Part shown: positions 31,640 to 40,856 of the stretch, piece by piece
Layout: each line of letters opens with the position of its first letter
Numbering within the stretch: position 1 is the stretch's first letter
Source of the DNA: an uncultured delta proteobacterium
GTDB taxonomy: Bacteria; Myxococcota_A; Polyangia; Fen-1088
Length of the DNA stretch: 64,000 nucleotides
Assembly (NCBI GenBank): GCA_963767925.1
Contig: CAVYGB010000002.1
Location: 1 to 64,000 of the forward strand
Reading direction: 5' to 3'
The notes under the pieces: model-generated
The model's input: the letters and a program-made list of their open reading frames with translations, nothing else
Databases searched by the model: none
What the model was told of the DNA's origin: nothing
Made by a program: the position numbers and the translations under genes

Positions 31640-32419
31640 TTACTCCAGCTTGGGGGCCAGATAGGTGATGATGTCGGCGATGTCGGGGTCGCTGAGGGCT
31701 TCGCGGGAGAAGGGGGGCATCACGCCGGAGAAGCCGAGGTAGCCGCCGCTGCGGATCTTCTGCACGAAGACCTGGCGGAAGGTGTCCTCGTTGTAGCCGT
31801 CGGCACGGGGGTGGCCACGTTCGGTGGTGTCCGGCAGTAGGCTGCTGTCGCCGAGTCGGCCGGCGCCCGAGCGGGGCTGGCCGTGGCAGGGGGCGCAGGT
31901 GCGGTCGTAAGCGGCGCGGCCGCGGGTGGGGTCGCCGGCGGCGGGCGGGGCGGTCGTGCGCACGAGGGTGAAGGGGACGGCGGCGGTGGCGGCGGCGGGA
32001 TCGGCCTCGAGAGTGGCCAGGTAGGCGTAGAGGGCGCGGGCGTCGTCGCTGTCGCGATCGAGGCGGCCGCCGCGCATGAACTGGCGGTAGCAGGCGGTCA
32101 CCGCCTCGAAGAGGTCGAGGATGGAGCCGCCCCAGTAGCTCGGCCGGGCGGTGACGCCGGCGAGCGGGCTGCCCGGGAAGGTGCGGGCGCCCTCCCCGGC
32201 CCGGGTCGGGTGGCACGTGGCGCAGGAGAAGGCGTTGTAGACGGAGGGGGAGAACGCCGGATCGCTGGCCACCTCGGCGCCCCGCTCGGCGGCGGTGACG
32301 GTGCGCGAGCATCCCCCCAGCAGCGGCAGCACCGACGCTGCGGCGACGAACATCGAGGCCCACGCCTGGGAAGGGGCGCGGGGTGCTACGCCGGGGCGCG
32401 CGCGGGGGGCGGGGGTCAT
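31640..32419 (-). CDS. Diheme c-type cytochrome lipoprotein, TsdA-like
   Basis: CATCH and CAPCH; ACYRQFMRG; MPPF; lipobox LGGC. Confidence 0.85.
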   Translation of the reverse strand: MTPAPRARPGVAPRAPSQAWASMFVAAASVLPLLGGCSRTVTAAERGAEVASDPAFSPSVYNAFSCATCHPTRAGEGARTFPGSPLAGVTARPSYWGGSILDLFEAVTACYRQFMRGGRLDRDSDDARALYAYLATLEADPAAATAAVPFTLVRTTAPPAAGDPTRGRAAYDRTCAPCHGQPRSGAGRLGDSSLLPDTTERGHPRADGYNEDTFRQVFVQKIRSGGYLGFSGVMPPFSREALSDPDIADIITYLAPKLE

Positions 32420-33606
32420 GGGGCGGTGAAGGCGATGGCGTCGGGGTAGACGCCGAGGTCGGTGCGGGCGGCGATGTCGAGGGTGGTGGGGTCGATCTCG
32501 ACGAGCGTGCCGGGGGACTGGCGGTCGCCTTCGCAGACGACGAGGTAGCGGCCGTCGGGGGTGCGGGCGGCCTCGTGGGGGCGCTGGCAGTCGGCGCGGG
32601 TGAAGCTGCGGGCCTTGCGCATCGTCAGGGTCGGGGTGTCGAGGACGACCAGGCCGTCGGGGCTCTGGACGGGGACGATCAACGTGGCGGCGTCGGGGCC
32701 GAGGGCGGGGAAGAAGGCGGCCCCGCGGACCGGGGCGGTGCGCTCGGCGGGGAAGGTACGGGTGGCGACGTCGAAGGCGCGCACGTCACGGCTCTCGGTG
32801 TTGCTGACGTAGACGGTGGCGCCGTCGGGCGAGAGGAGGGCGGCGTAGGGGCCGTACTGGATCGAGCTGCCGCTGCCGGGGCTGGGGCCGACCGGGACGC
32901 GGGTCACCGGGAAGCTGGGGTCGTCGAGGGCGACGACGGCGAGCTCGTCGGAGCCGTAACAGGCGACGTAGGCGGTGCGGCTGTCGGGGCTGATGGCGAG
33001 GCCGTGGGCGGCCATGCCGACGCGCACGGCGCCCACCCGGTCCAGGGTGACGGCGTCGTAGATGAGGAGGGTCGAGCGGCGCGCGTCCTCGCCGCCGGGG
33101 CCAGTAGCGCGCATGGCGAGGGTGAGATCGAAGTGGGTGACGAGGACGCGCTTGCCGTCGGGGGTCAGCTTGACGTCGCCCGGGTTGACGTCGGTGCTGG
33201 CGCGCGCCTCGATGCGCAGGTCATCGAGGCCGAGGCGCACGAGCTGGCCCAGGAGCTGGCCGGTGCCGTGGCTGGCGTGGGGGCCGGTCGAGGTGGTCGG
33301 CGGCGGATAGGCGAAGGCGGTGAAGACGACGCCGGCGGCCGGATCGATGGCGAGGTGGTGGGGGCCGTCGTTCTCGATGGGGTCGAGGCCGATGGGGACG
33401 CGGGCCAGGGTGCGGAGGCCCGCCAGGTCGACCAGCGAGAGGGTGTCCGAGCCGTTGTCCGTGACCAGGGCCAGGGGGCCCCCGCTCGTCGGGCGCGGCA
33501 GGGGCGTGCTTCGATCGGGCCAGGCTTCGCCGGAAAACCGTTCGACGGACTCCTGCACACAAGCGAGGGGGGCCGCCAGCAGAGCGCAAAGCGGCAAGCA
33601 GCGCAT
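32416..33606 (-). CDS. YncE/YVTN-type beta-propeller lipoprotein
   Basis: LAC lipobox; VTDNGSDTLSLVD, LTPDGKRVLV, ISPDSRTAYV, LSPDGATVYV repeats. Confidence 0.88.
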   Translation of the reverse strand: MRCLPLCALLAAPLACVQESVERFSGEAWPDRSTPLPRPTSGGPLALVTDNGSDTLSLVDLAGLRTLARVPIGLDPIENDGPHHLAIDPAAGVVFTAFAYPPPTTSTGPHASHGTGQLLGQLVRLGLDDLRIEARASTDVNPGDVKLTPDGKRVLVTHFDLTLAMRATGPGGEDARRSTLLIYDAVTLDRVGAVRVGMAAHGLAISPDSRTAYVACYGSDELAVVALDDPSFPVTRVPVGPSPGSGSSIQYGPYAALLSPDGATVYVSNTESRDVRAFDVATRTFPAERTAPVRGAAFFPALGPDAATLIVPVQSPDGLVVLDTPTLTMRKARSFTRADCQRPHEAARTPDGRYLVVCEGDRQSPGTLVEIDPTTLDIAARTDLGVYPDAIAFTAP

Positions 33607-33621
33607 TCGCGTCAGCCTACC

Positions 33622-34281
33622 TCACGGACCGCGGCGGCGACCGAGGAAATAGAAGGCGCCGGCGACGGCCAGAACGACGGCGAAGGTCAGCGCACCGCTG
33701 CCGAAGCTGCGGCTGTGGGCCCCCGTCAACGCATAGAGCAGACACGAGGGAAAGGTGCCCGCCGTGCTGGCGGCGAGGAACCGGGGCCAGCGCAGGGGCG
33801 AGCCGCCGGCGAGGATGGCGGTGGTCTCGGCGAGCAGCGGGATCGGCCGCGTCACGACGACGGCCAGGGCGCCCCAGCGGGCCAGCAGCGCGTCGGCGTG
33901 GGCCTTCTCGGCGGGGGACACCAGGCGCTCGATCAGCCGCTCGCTGCGGCGGCCGATGAGAAACCCGAGGGCCGAGGCGCCGACGCTGCCGACCAGCGAC
34001 AGCAGGGTGCCGGACAGCACGCCGAACAGGGCGCCGTTGCCGATCATGAGGACGCTCGAGGGGACCGGCAGGAACACGTCGGCGACCAGCAGCAGGACCG
34101 AGAGCACGGCCGCCCATGGGCCGCCGGCGGCGAGCAGGTGCGAGGGGTCCTGCAGAAGCCGCACGTCCCGCCACTCGACGACGGCGAAGAGGGCGAGCAG
34201 GAGGATCAGGAGCGCCAGGGTGACGAGCCAGTAGCGGCGCAAAGGGGCGCCGGCGGGGGGCGGCGGCGAGGCGGGCAGCAT
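33622..34281 (-). CDS. VTT/DedA (TVP38/TMEM64) membrane protein
   Basis: DVFLPVPSS, GALFG, TRPIPLLAE. Confidence 0.88.
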   Translation of the reverse strand: MLPASPPPPAGAPLRRYWLVTLALLILLLALFAVVEWRDVRLLQDPSHLLAAGGPWAAVLSVLLLVADVFLPVPSSVLMIGNGALFGVLSGTLLSLVGSVGASALGFLIGRRSERLIERLVSPAEKAHADALLARWGALAVVVTRPIPLLAETTAILAGGSPLRWPRFLAASTAGTFPSCLLYALTGAHSRSFGSGALTFAVVLAVAGAFYFLGRRRGP

Positions 34282-34319
34282 GGAGGTGAGCGGGGCGCTC
34301 GAGCGGGGCGAGCCCCGGA

Positions 34320-34357
34320 CCCTCACCCTTACCCTCTCCCGCTGCCGCGGGCGAGGG
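34320..34357 (+). repeat. BoxC-like GC-rich palindromic element
   Basis: ccctcacccttaccctctcccgctgccgcgggcgaggg: pyrimidine tail plus imperfect hairpin. Confidence 0.55.
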
Positions 34358-34430
34358 CAAACAGGTGGCGGTGAGAAGGAGGGCTGAGCCGTTGGGGCGG
34401 CGTGCGCGCTGCCCCTGTCACCGATGTCCC

Positions 34431-34493
34431 GTCCACTCTCCTGTCACCCAGTCCTGTCCACTCTCCAGTCACCCAGTCCTGTCCACTCTCCAG
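34431..34493. repeat. 25-bp tandem repeat x2.5
   Basis: gtccactctcc(t/a)gtcacccagtcct at 34431 and 34456, partial at 34481. Confidence 0.9.
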
Positions 34494-35254
34494 AACCTTC
34501 ACCCTTCACCCTTCTCCCTTCTCCCTTCACCCTTCACCCTTCACCCTTCACCCTTCCCTTCACCCTTCTCCCTTCACCCTTCTCCCTTCTCCCTTCTCCC
34601 TTCTCCCTTCTCCCTTCTCCCTTCTCCCTTCTCCCTTCTCCCCTTCTCCCTTCTCCCCTTCTCCCTTCTCCCTTCTCCCTTCTCCCTTCTCCCTTCTCCC
34701 TTCTCCCCTTCTCCCCTTCTCCCCTTCTCCCCTTCTCCCTTCCCTTCTCCCCTTCTCCCCTTCTCCCTTCTCCCTTCTCCCTTCTCCCTTCTCCCTTCTC
34801 CCTTCTCCCTTCTCCCTTCTCCCTTCTCCCTTCTCCCTTCTCCCTTCTCCCTTCTCCCTTCTCCCTTCTCCCTTCTCCCTTCTCCCTTCTCCCCTTCCCC
34901 CTTCCCCCTTCTCCCTTCTCCCTTCTCCCTTCTCCCTTCTCCCTTCTCCCTCATCTCCCCTTCTCCCCTTCTCCCCTTCTCCCCTTCACCCTTCTCCCTT
35001 TCACCCTTTCACCCTTTCACCCTTCACCCTTCTCCCCTTCACCCTTCTCCCTTCACCCTTCACCCTTCACCCTTCACCCTTCACCCTTCACCCTTCACCC
35101 TTCACCCTTCACCCCTTCACCCTTCACCCCTTCACCCCTTCACCCCTTCACCCCTTCACCCCTTCACCCCTTCACCCTTCACCCCTTCACCCCTCACCCC
35201 TTCACCCTTCACCCCTTCACCCTTCACCCTTCACCCTTCACCCTTCTCTTCCCT
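34494..35254. repeat. Long heptamer/octamer array (CCCTTCT / CCCTTCA / CCCCTTCW)
   Basis: 761 nt with no G on the plus strand; 34577-34952 is purely C/T. Confidence 0.97.
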
Positions 35255-35278
35255 GCGACGCGGGCGAGGCGCGCGGGG

Positions 35279-36451
35279 TCAGTAGGTGGTCTTGAGGGTT
35301 CGGCGGGCGGCGCGGCGTTCGATGGCGAGTTCGATCAGGCGGGTGACGAGGGCCTGGGGGGGGAGGCCGCTGGCTTCCCAGAGTTTGGGGTACATCGAGA
35401 TGGCGGTGAAGCCGGGGATGGTGTTGACCTCGTTGACGGCGAGGGCGCCTGTCTTGCGGTCGAGGAAGAAGTCGACGCGGGCCATGCCGGCGAGGTCGAG
35501 GGCGCGGAAGGTGGCGATGCTGAGCTCGCGCACGCGCTGGGCGGTCTCGGGCGGGATGTCGGCGGGGATGCGGGTCTCGGCGCCCTTCTCGTCGACGTAT
35601 TTGGCCTCGTAGGAGTAAAAGCCGTCGCGGTGGTGAACGACGATCTCGCCGGGGATCGAGGCCTGCGGGTCGTCGTTGCCGAGGACGGCGCACTCGATCT
35701 CGCGGGCGTCGACGGCCGTCTCGGCCAGGGCCTTGAGGTCGTAGCCGAGGGCGGTCTGCAGGGCGGGCAGCAGGGCGGCGGGGTCCTTCACCTTGCTCAC
35801 GCCGACCGAGGAGCCGGCGTTGGCCGGCTTGACGAACAGGGGGAAGCCGACCTCGGAGGCGCGGCGAAGGGCGGCCTCGGGATCGTGGCGGAGCTGGCCG
35901 GCGGTGACCAGGCGGTAGGGGACGACCGGGATACCGGCCTCGAGCAGCAGCCGCTTGGCGACGTCCTTGTCCATGCCGATGCCGGAGCCGAGGTGCCCCG
36001 AGCCAACGTAGGCGACGTCGGCCAGCTCGAGCAGGCCCTGCACGGTGCCGTCCTCGCCGTAGGTGCCGTGGAGCACCGGGAAGACGACGTCGTCCCGGCC
36101 GAGGATGGCGAGGGCGGAGCCGGGCTGCTCCTCGGGGGCGCGGGGCCGGTCGATCGCGCCGGCGGCAGCCTCGGGGGGCGGGGAGGCCGCGCTGGCGGCG
36201 AGCTCGGGGTGGACGGGGACGGCCACCTCCCTGGCGGCGGCGGCGAGGCGGACGGTGCGGGGATCACCGGTGGCGCCCAGCAGCGACTCGGTCGGCTCGG
36301 CCCGCCAGCGCCCCTGCTTGTCGATGCCGATGAGCAGCGGCTCGAAGCGCTCCCGGTCGAGGGCCAGGTACACGTTGCGGGCCGACAGCAGCGACACCTC
36401 GTGCTCGGCGGAGCGCCCCCCGAACAGGATGATCACCCGACGTTTCGTCAT
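35279..36451 (-). CDS. ddl: D-alanine--D-alanine ligase
   Basis: GGRSAEHEVS, LHGTYGEDG, VKPANAGSSVG, ARVDFF, NEVNTIPGFT. Confidence 0.97.
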   Translation of the reverse strand: MTKRRVIILFGGRSAEHEVSLLSARNVYLALDRERFEPLLIGIDKQGRWRAEPTESLLGATGDPRTVRLAAAAREVAVPVHPELAASAASPPPEAAAGAIDRPRAPEEQPGSALAILGRDDVVFPVLHGTYGEDGTVQGLLELADVAYVGSGHLGSGIGMDKDVAKRLLLEAGIPVVPYRLVTAGQLRHDPEAALRRASEVGFPLFVKPANAGSSVGVSKVKDPAALLPALQTALGYDLKALAETAVDAREIECAVLGNDDPQASIPGEIVVHHRDGFYSYEAKYVDEKGAETRIPADIPPETAQRVRELSIATFRALDLAGMARVDFFLDRKTGALAVNEVNTIPGFTAISMYPKLWEASGLPPQALVTRLIELAIERRAARRTLKTTY

Positions 36452-36701
36452 GCCTGCATCTCCTACCGGGTCCACGCGCCAGCGGCCAGGTCGAGCGGGA
36501 CCAAAATGATCACCCGGCCTTTCGTCAGGCCTTCGTCTCCGACCGGCCTCACGGCAGAAGATCGGTCATGGTTTCGGCGTCGAGGCGCCCCGCCAGCAAG
36601 GCGCGACGACGAGTAATTCTGGACGTATTTCGAGGAGGAGCAACGCAGCTGGCGGGGATGTATCGGCGGCGAAACCATGGCCGAGATTCTGCCGTGAGGC
36701 A

Positions 36702-38864
36702 CTAGGCGCCGGGGGTCAGGTCGAGCTGGGCGAAGAGGAAGGAGAGCTCGTCGGTGTATTGCTCGATGAGCTTCTTCAGGGGCTTGCCGGCGCCGTGGCC
36801 GGCCTTGCTCTCGAGGCGCAGGACGATCGGGCGCTTGCCGCTGGTGGCGGCCTGCAGGCGGGCGGCCATCTTGCGGGCGTGCATGGCGTCGACCCGGCTG
36901 TCCGACTCGGCGGTGAAGAAGAGCACCGCCGGGTAGTCGACGCCCGGCTTGACCCGGTGGTAGGGCGAATACTGGTACAGCCACTTGAAGGCTTCGGGGT
37001 CGTCGGCCGAGCCGTACTCCGGGATCCAGAGCTGGGCGATGCGGAACTTCTGGTAGCGGAGCATGTCGGTGAGCGGCACGCCCGAGATCACCGCCCGGAA
37101 CAGCTCGGGCCGCTGGGTCAACACGGCCGAGGTCAGCAGGCCGCCGTTGGAGCGCCCGGAGATGGCCAGCTTGGCCGGGGAGGTGATCTTCTCGCGGATC
37201 AGGTATTCGGCCGCGCCGATGAAGTCGTCGAAGACGTTCTGCTTTCTGCCGAGCATGCCGGCCTGGTGCCAGCCCTCCCCGTATTCGGCCCCCCCGCGCA
37301 GGTTGGCCACCGCGTACACCCCGCCCTTCTCGATGAAGGGGCCCATCTGGGCGGCGAAGGCGGGCGTGAGGCTGATGTTGAAGCCGCCGTATCCGTAGAG
37401 CAGCGTCGGGTTGGCCCCGTTGCGGACCAGCCCTTTGCGGTGCACGAGGAACATCGGCACCATGGTCCCGTCCTTCGACGGATAGCGCACCTGGCTCACC
37501 TCGAACCCGGCGGGGTCGAGGGGCGAGGTGAGCTGCTGCCAGACGGTGGTGGCCGCGGGCGTGTCCTTCGCCTCGAGGTCGTGGCGGAAGATGATGGTGG
37601 GCGTGAGGTAAGAGGCGAAGCTGAAGAGCAGCTCGCGCCCGCGCGCCTGCCCCGACAGGTCGGCCGCCGTCCCCAGGCCGGGCAAGGTCACCTCGCGCAG
37701 CAGCTTGCCCTGCGGATCGAACAGCCGCACCCGTGAGGCGGCGTCCTTGAGGTAACGGGCGGCCAGGCGGCCGCCCACGTAGCTGACCGACTCGAGGGTG
37801 TCGGGCCCCTCGGCGATGATCTCCTTCCAGCCCTCGCGGGCCGGCTTGCGCGGGTCGACGGAGAACAGGCGGTAGCGCGGGGCCCCCTCGTTGGTGACCA
37901 GGTACAGGCGGTCGTCGAGCACGTCGGCGACGCGGTAGATGGCGCTCTGCCCGGTGACGACCGGGACCGGCGCCGGCGCCCCCGCCTTGCGGGTCTCGAG
38001 CAGGAAGACCTCGCTGCGGGCCCAGCCCTGGCTGACCTCGATGCCGAGCCAGCGGCCGTCGGGCGAGAGGTGGACGCTGGGCCAGTCCTTCAGGTCGCGC
38101 CCCTCGCCGAAGACCTTCGGGTCGAGGGCGGGGTCGGTCCCCAGGCGGTGGAAATAAACCGAGCGGTGGTACTTCTCCTCGCCGAGGGGCACGTTGCCGG
38201 GCAGCGGGTAGCGCGTGTAATAGAAGCCCTTGCCGTCGGGCAGCCAGGCCACCGAGCAGGCCCGGGTGCGGGTGATGACGTCGGGCAGATCGTCGCCGCT
38301 GGCCACCACGCGCACCTTCAGCACCGATTCCTCGTCGCCGTTGGCCGACACGCCGTAGGCCACGTAGCGGCCGTCCTCCGAGGGGAACCACCAGTCGAGG
38401 GCGCGGGTGCCGTCGGTCGAGAGCTGGTTGACGTCGACCAGCACGCGGTCGGCGCCGGGCTTGCCCGGCTTGCTCGCCTTGCTCGCTCCCTGGCGCAGGT
38501 AGAGCACGGGCTGGTTCTGCTTGCCGGTGCGGCGGGTGAAGAAGTAGCGGCGGGACTTGCCCTCCCCCTTCACCACCGGCACGCCGAGGGTGCCGATCTC
38601 GTGGAGCTGCCAGAGGCGGTCGGCGATGCGCTGCCGGTCGGCCACGCCGTCGAGCAGCTTGCGCATGTGGGCGTTTTGCTTGTCGGTCCAGGACCGCACC
38701 TCGTCGCTGTCGGACTTCTCCAGCCAGCGGTAGGGGTCGGCGACCTTCACCCCGTGCAGGGTATCGACGACGTCATCGGTGCGCGTCGGCACCGGCGGCG
38801 CTGGCGGCGCTGGCGGCGCCGCAGCGGTCAACAGGAGGGCTCCGACAACGACAGCTTCATACAT
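36702..38864 (-). CDS. Prolyl oligopeptidase (S9A)
   Basis: DPYRWLE, YGYGGF, GRSNGG, DSRV, GHG. Confidence 0.96.
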   Translation of the reverse strand: MYEAVVVGALLLTAAAPPAPPAPPVPTRTDDVVDTLHGVKVADPYRWLEKSDSDEVRSWTDKQNAHMRKLLDGVADRQRIADRLWQLHEIGTLGVPVVKGEGKSRRYFFTRRTGKQNQPVLYLRQGASKASKPGKPGADRVLVDVNQLSTDGTRALDWWFPSEDGRYVAYGVSANGDEESVLKVRVVASGDDLPDVITRTRACSVAWLPDGKGFYYTRYPLPGNVPLGEEKYHRSVYFHRLGTDPALDPKVFGEGRDLKDWPSVHLSPDGRWLGIEVSQGWARSEVFLLETRKAGAPAPVPVVTGQSAIYRVADVLDDRLYLVTNEGAPRYRLFSVDPRKPAREGWKEIIAEGPDTLESVSYVGGRLAARYLKDAASRVRLFDPQGKLLREVTLPGLGTAADLSGQARGRELLFSFASYLTPTIIFRHDLEAKDTPAATTVWQQLTSPLDPAGFEVSQVRYPSKDGTMVPMFLVHRKGLVRNGANPTLLYGYGGFNISLTPAFAAQMGPFIEKGGVYAVANLRGGAEYGEGWHQAGMLGRKQNVFDDFIGAAEYLIREKITSPAKLAISGRSNGGLLTSAVLTQRPELFRAVISGVPLTDMLRYQKFRIAQLWIPEYGSADDPEAFKWLYQYSPYHRVKPGVDYPAVLFFTAESDSRVDAMHARKMAARLQAATSGKRPIVLRLESKAGHGAGKPLKKLIEQYTDELSFLFAQLDLTPGA

Positions 38865-39003
38865 GGCAGCACCGGCGGACGATCAAACGATGTCGGCCCG
38901 GGTTTTACAACCAGGTTCTGCCAGGTTTTTTGCCGCGTGCGCCGGCGACGCGGCTGCGTCGGCGCTCACGTCCCCCGGCTTTCCGCGGTAAAATGACGGG
39001 GCG

Positions 39004-39633
39004 TTGACCCGCATGCGCCACCCACCTTCCCGCGCGTACCCTTCCCGCGCGTACCTGGGGGCGGCGCTGCTCCTGCTTCTGGCCAGCGCCGCGACCGCGC
39101 GCGCGGCGGCCCCGCCGACCGCCGCCGATCTCGAGGCGGCCCGGCTGCACTACGAGCGGGCCACCGCGGCTTACGGGCTGGGCAACTACGCCGAGGCGGC
39201 CCTCAGCTACGAGCGGGCCTTCGAGCTCAAGCCCGATCCCGCCCTGCTCTACAACGCCGCCCAGGCCCACCGCCGGGCCGGCAACCGGCCGCGCGCGGTG
39301 GCGCTGTACCGGAGCTTCCTGCAGGTGTTCCCGCGGGCGGACAACCGCGAGCTGGCCGGGCGCCACCTGGCCGAGCTGGAGCGGGCCGCCGAGCCGACCC
39401 CGCCGACCTCGACGCCCCCACCCCTGCCCGCGAGCGCCACCTCCCCGCCGCCGGTGGCGCCGGTCCCCTCGCCCGCGGCCGCCCTCGCCGACCAGGCGCG
39501 CCAGCCGGTCTGGCGCCGGCCCTGGGTCTGGGTCGCCATCGGGGCGGGCGCGGTCGTCGCCGGGACCATCACCGCCATCGCGCTGTCGGGCACCGACGAC
39601 CCCCGGCCATCCTGGGGCCGGGTGGGGCCGTGA
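39004..39633 (+). CDS. TPR-containing exported protein with C-terminal TM
   Basis: Signal peptide, YERAFELKPDPALLYNAAQA, PVWRRPWVW. Confidence 0.8.
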   Translation: MTRMRHPPSRAYPSRAYLGAALLLLLASAATARAAAPPTAADLEAARLHYERATAAYGLGNYAEAALSYERAFELKPDPALLYNAAQAHRRAGNRPRAVALYRSFLQVFPRADNRELAGRHLAELERAAEPTPPTSTPPPLPASATSPPPVAPVPSPAAALADQARQPVWRRPWVWVAIGAGAVVAGTITAIALSGTDDPRPSWGRVGP

Positions 39634-40718
39634 GCGCTGCGCTCCCGCCGGTCCGGCTGGCGCGCGCGACGACCCTGCTGCTGGCGCTGCTGACCGCCGG
39701 GGGCTGCCGCGACACGGCTCCCTGCGCCCCCGACACCCTGTTCCTCACCGTGGCGCTGGGCCCGGAGGCCCAGCAGGCCACCCGCCTGGCGGTGCGGGTG
39801 ATCGACGGCGGCGAGCGGGTGCTCGCGAGCGGCGAGGTGGACCGCCCGGGCGGGCAGAGCCGGGGCAGCATCGAGGTGCGCTTCGGCCGCTACCCCGCCG
39901 ACCAGGCGGTGCGGGTCGAGGTCGACGCGCGCCGGGCGGATGCCCTGGTCGCCCACCGTTCGCTGGCGGCGCGGCTGGCCGCCGGGTGCACCGCCCTCAC
40001 GATCGATCTGACCGCGTCCGACGGGGGCAGCGGCACGCCCGACGGCGCCCCGCCCGACCGGCCCGCCGATCAGAGCCCGCCGGACGCCCCCTCCGACGCC
40101 CGCCCCGACGCGTCGGCCGACGGCCCCGACGATGCGCCCGCCCCGGACGCCGGCAGCGACGGCCTCGCCGATCGCGCGCCCGACCTGCCGCCCGATGGCC
40201 CGCCCAGCGCGCTGAAGATCGTGTTCGTCACCAGCACCCGCTACACCGGCAACCTCGGCGGCCTGAGCGGGGCCCACGCGATCTGCCAGCAGGTGGCCGG
40301 CGGCGCCGGGCTGAGCGGCAGCTACCGGGCCTGGCTGAGCCAGAACATCCCCCAGCTCCCCGAGGGGCCCGCCAGCGCCATGGTCCACAGCAGCGTGCCC
40401 TACGTGCTGGTGGGCGGCCAGCAGGTGGCCGACAACTGGGACGACCTCACCGACGGCTCGCTCGACCGCCGCATCGATCAGGACGAGCGGGGCAACGCCC
40501 TGCTGCCCGCGCCACAGGACTGCCTGGGCGACGAGGTCTGGAGCAGCACCAGCGCCGCCGGCAGCCCCCGCCTGGGGGGCGACTGCTTCGGCTGGCGGTC
40601 GACGACCGGCAGCGCAAACGTGGGCAGCTCGTGGCACAGCGACGGCCGCTGGTCGGAGGGCTGTGGCAACCCGCGGACCTGCCAGACCGATCTTCCCCTG
40701 TTCTGCCTCGAGCAATGA
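39630..40718 (+). CDS. Lipoprotein with C-terminal DUF1554-like domain
   Basis: AGGC lipobox, Asp/Pro linker, VFVTS..GNLGGLSGA..C, YRAWLS, LFCLEQ. Confidence 0.78.
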   Translation: MSAALPPVRLARATTLLLALLTAGGCRDTAPCAPDTLFLTVALGPEAQQATRLAVRVIDGGERVLASGEVDRPGGQSRGSIEVRFGRYPADQAVRVEVDARRADALVAHRSLAARLAAGCTALTIDLTASDGGSGTPDGAPPDRPADQSPPDAPSDARPDASADGPDDAPAPDAGSDGLADRAPDLPPDGPPSALKIVFVTSTRYTGNLGGLSGAHAICQQVAGGAGLSGSYRAWLSQNIPQLPEGPASAMVHSSVPYVLVGGQQVADNWDDLTDGSLDRRIDQDERGNALLPAPQDCLGDEVWSSTSAAGSPRLGGDCFGWRSTTGSANVGSSWHSDGRWSEGCGNPRTCQTDLPLFCLEQ

Positions 40719-40856
40719 CGGGAGCCCGCCACCGCCCGCCGGTGGTGGGTGTGGGGAGCACCTTCTCCGTCCTCGCCTCCGTCCGCTCGCGCGCGCGGCT
40801 CCCGCGGAGGCATCGAACTAGCGAGGGGGCCCGCCGGTCGCTAAGCTCATCCGGGG

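Noticed and set aside
34365..35295. Long SPFSLLP / REKGEGR ORFs across the heptamer array
   Set aside because: The frames are open only because the repeat lacks stop codons; no RBS or domain.
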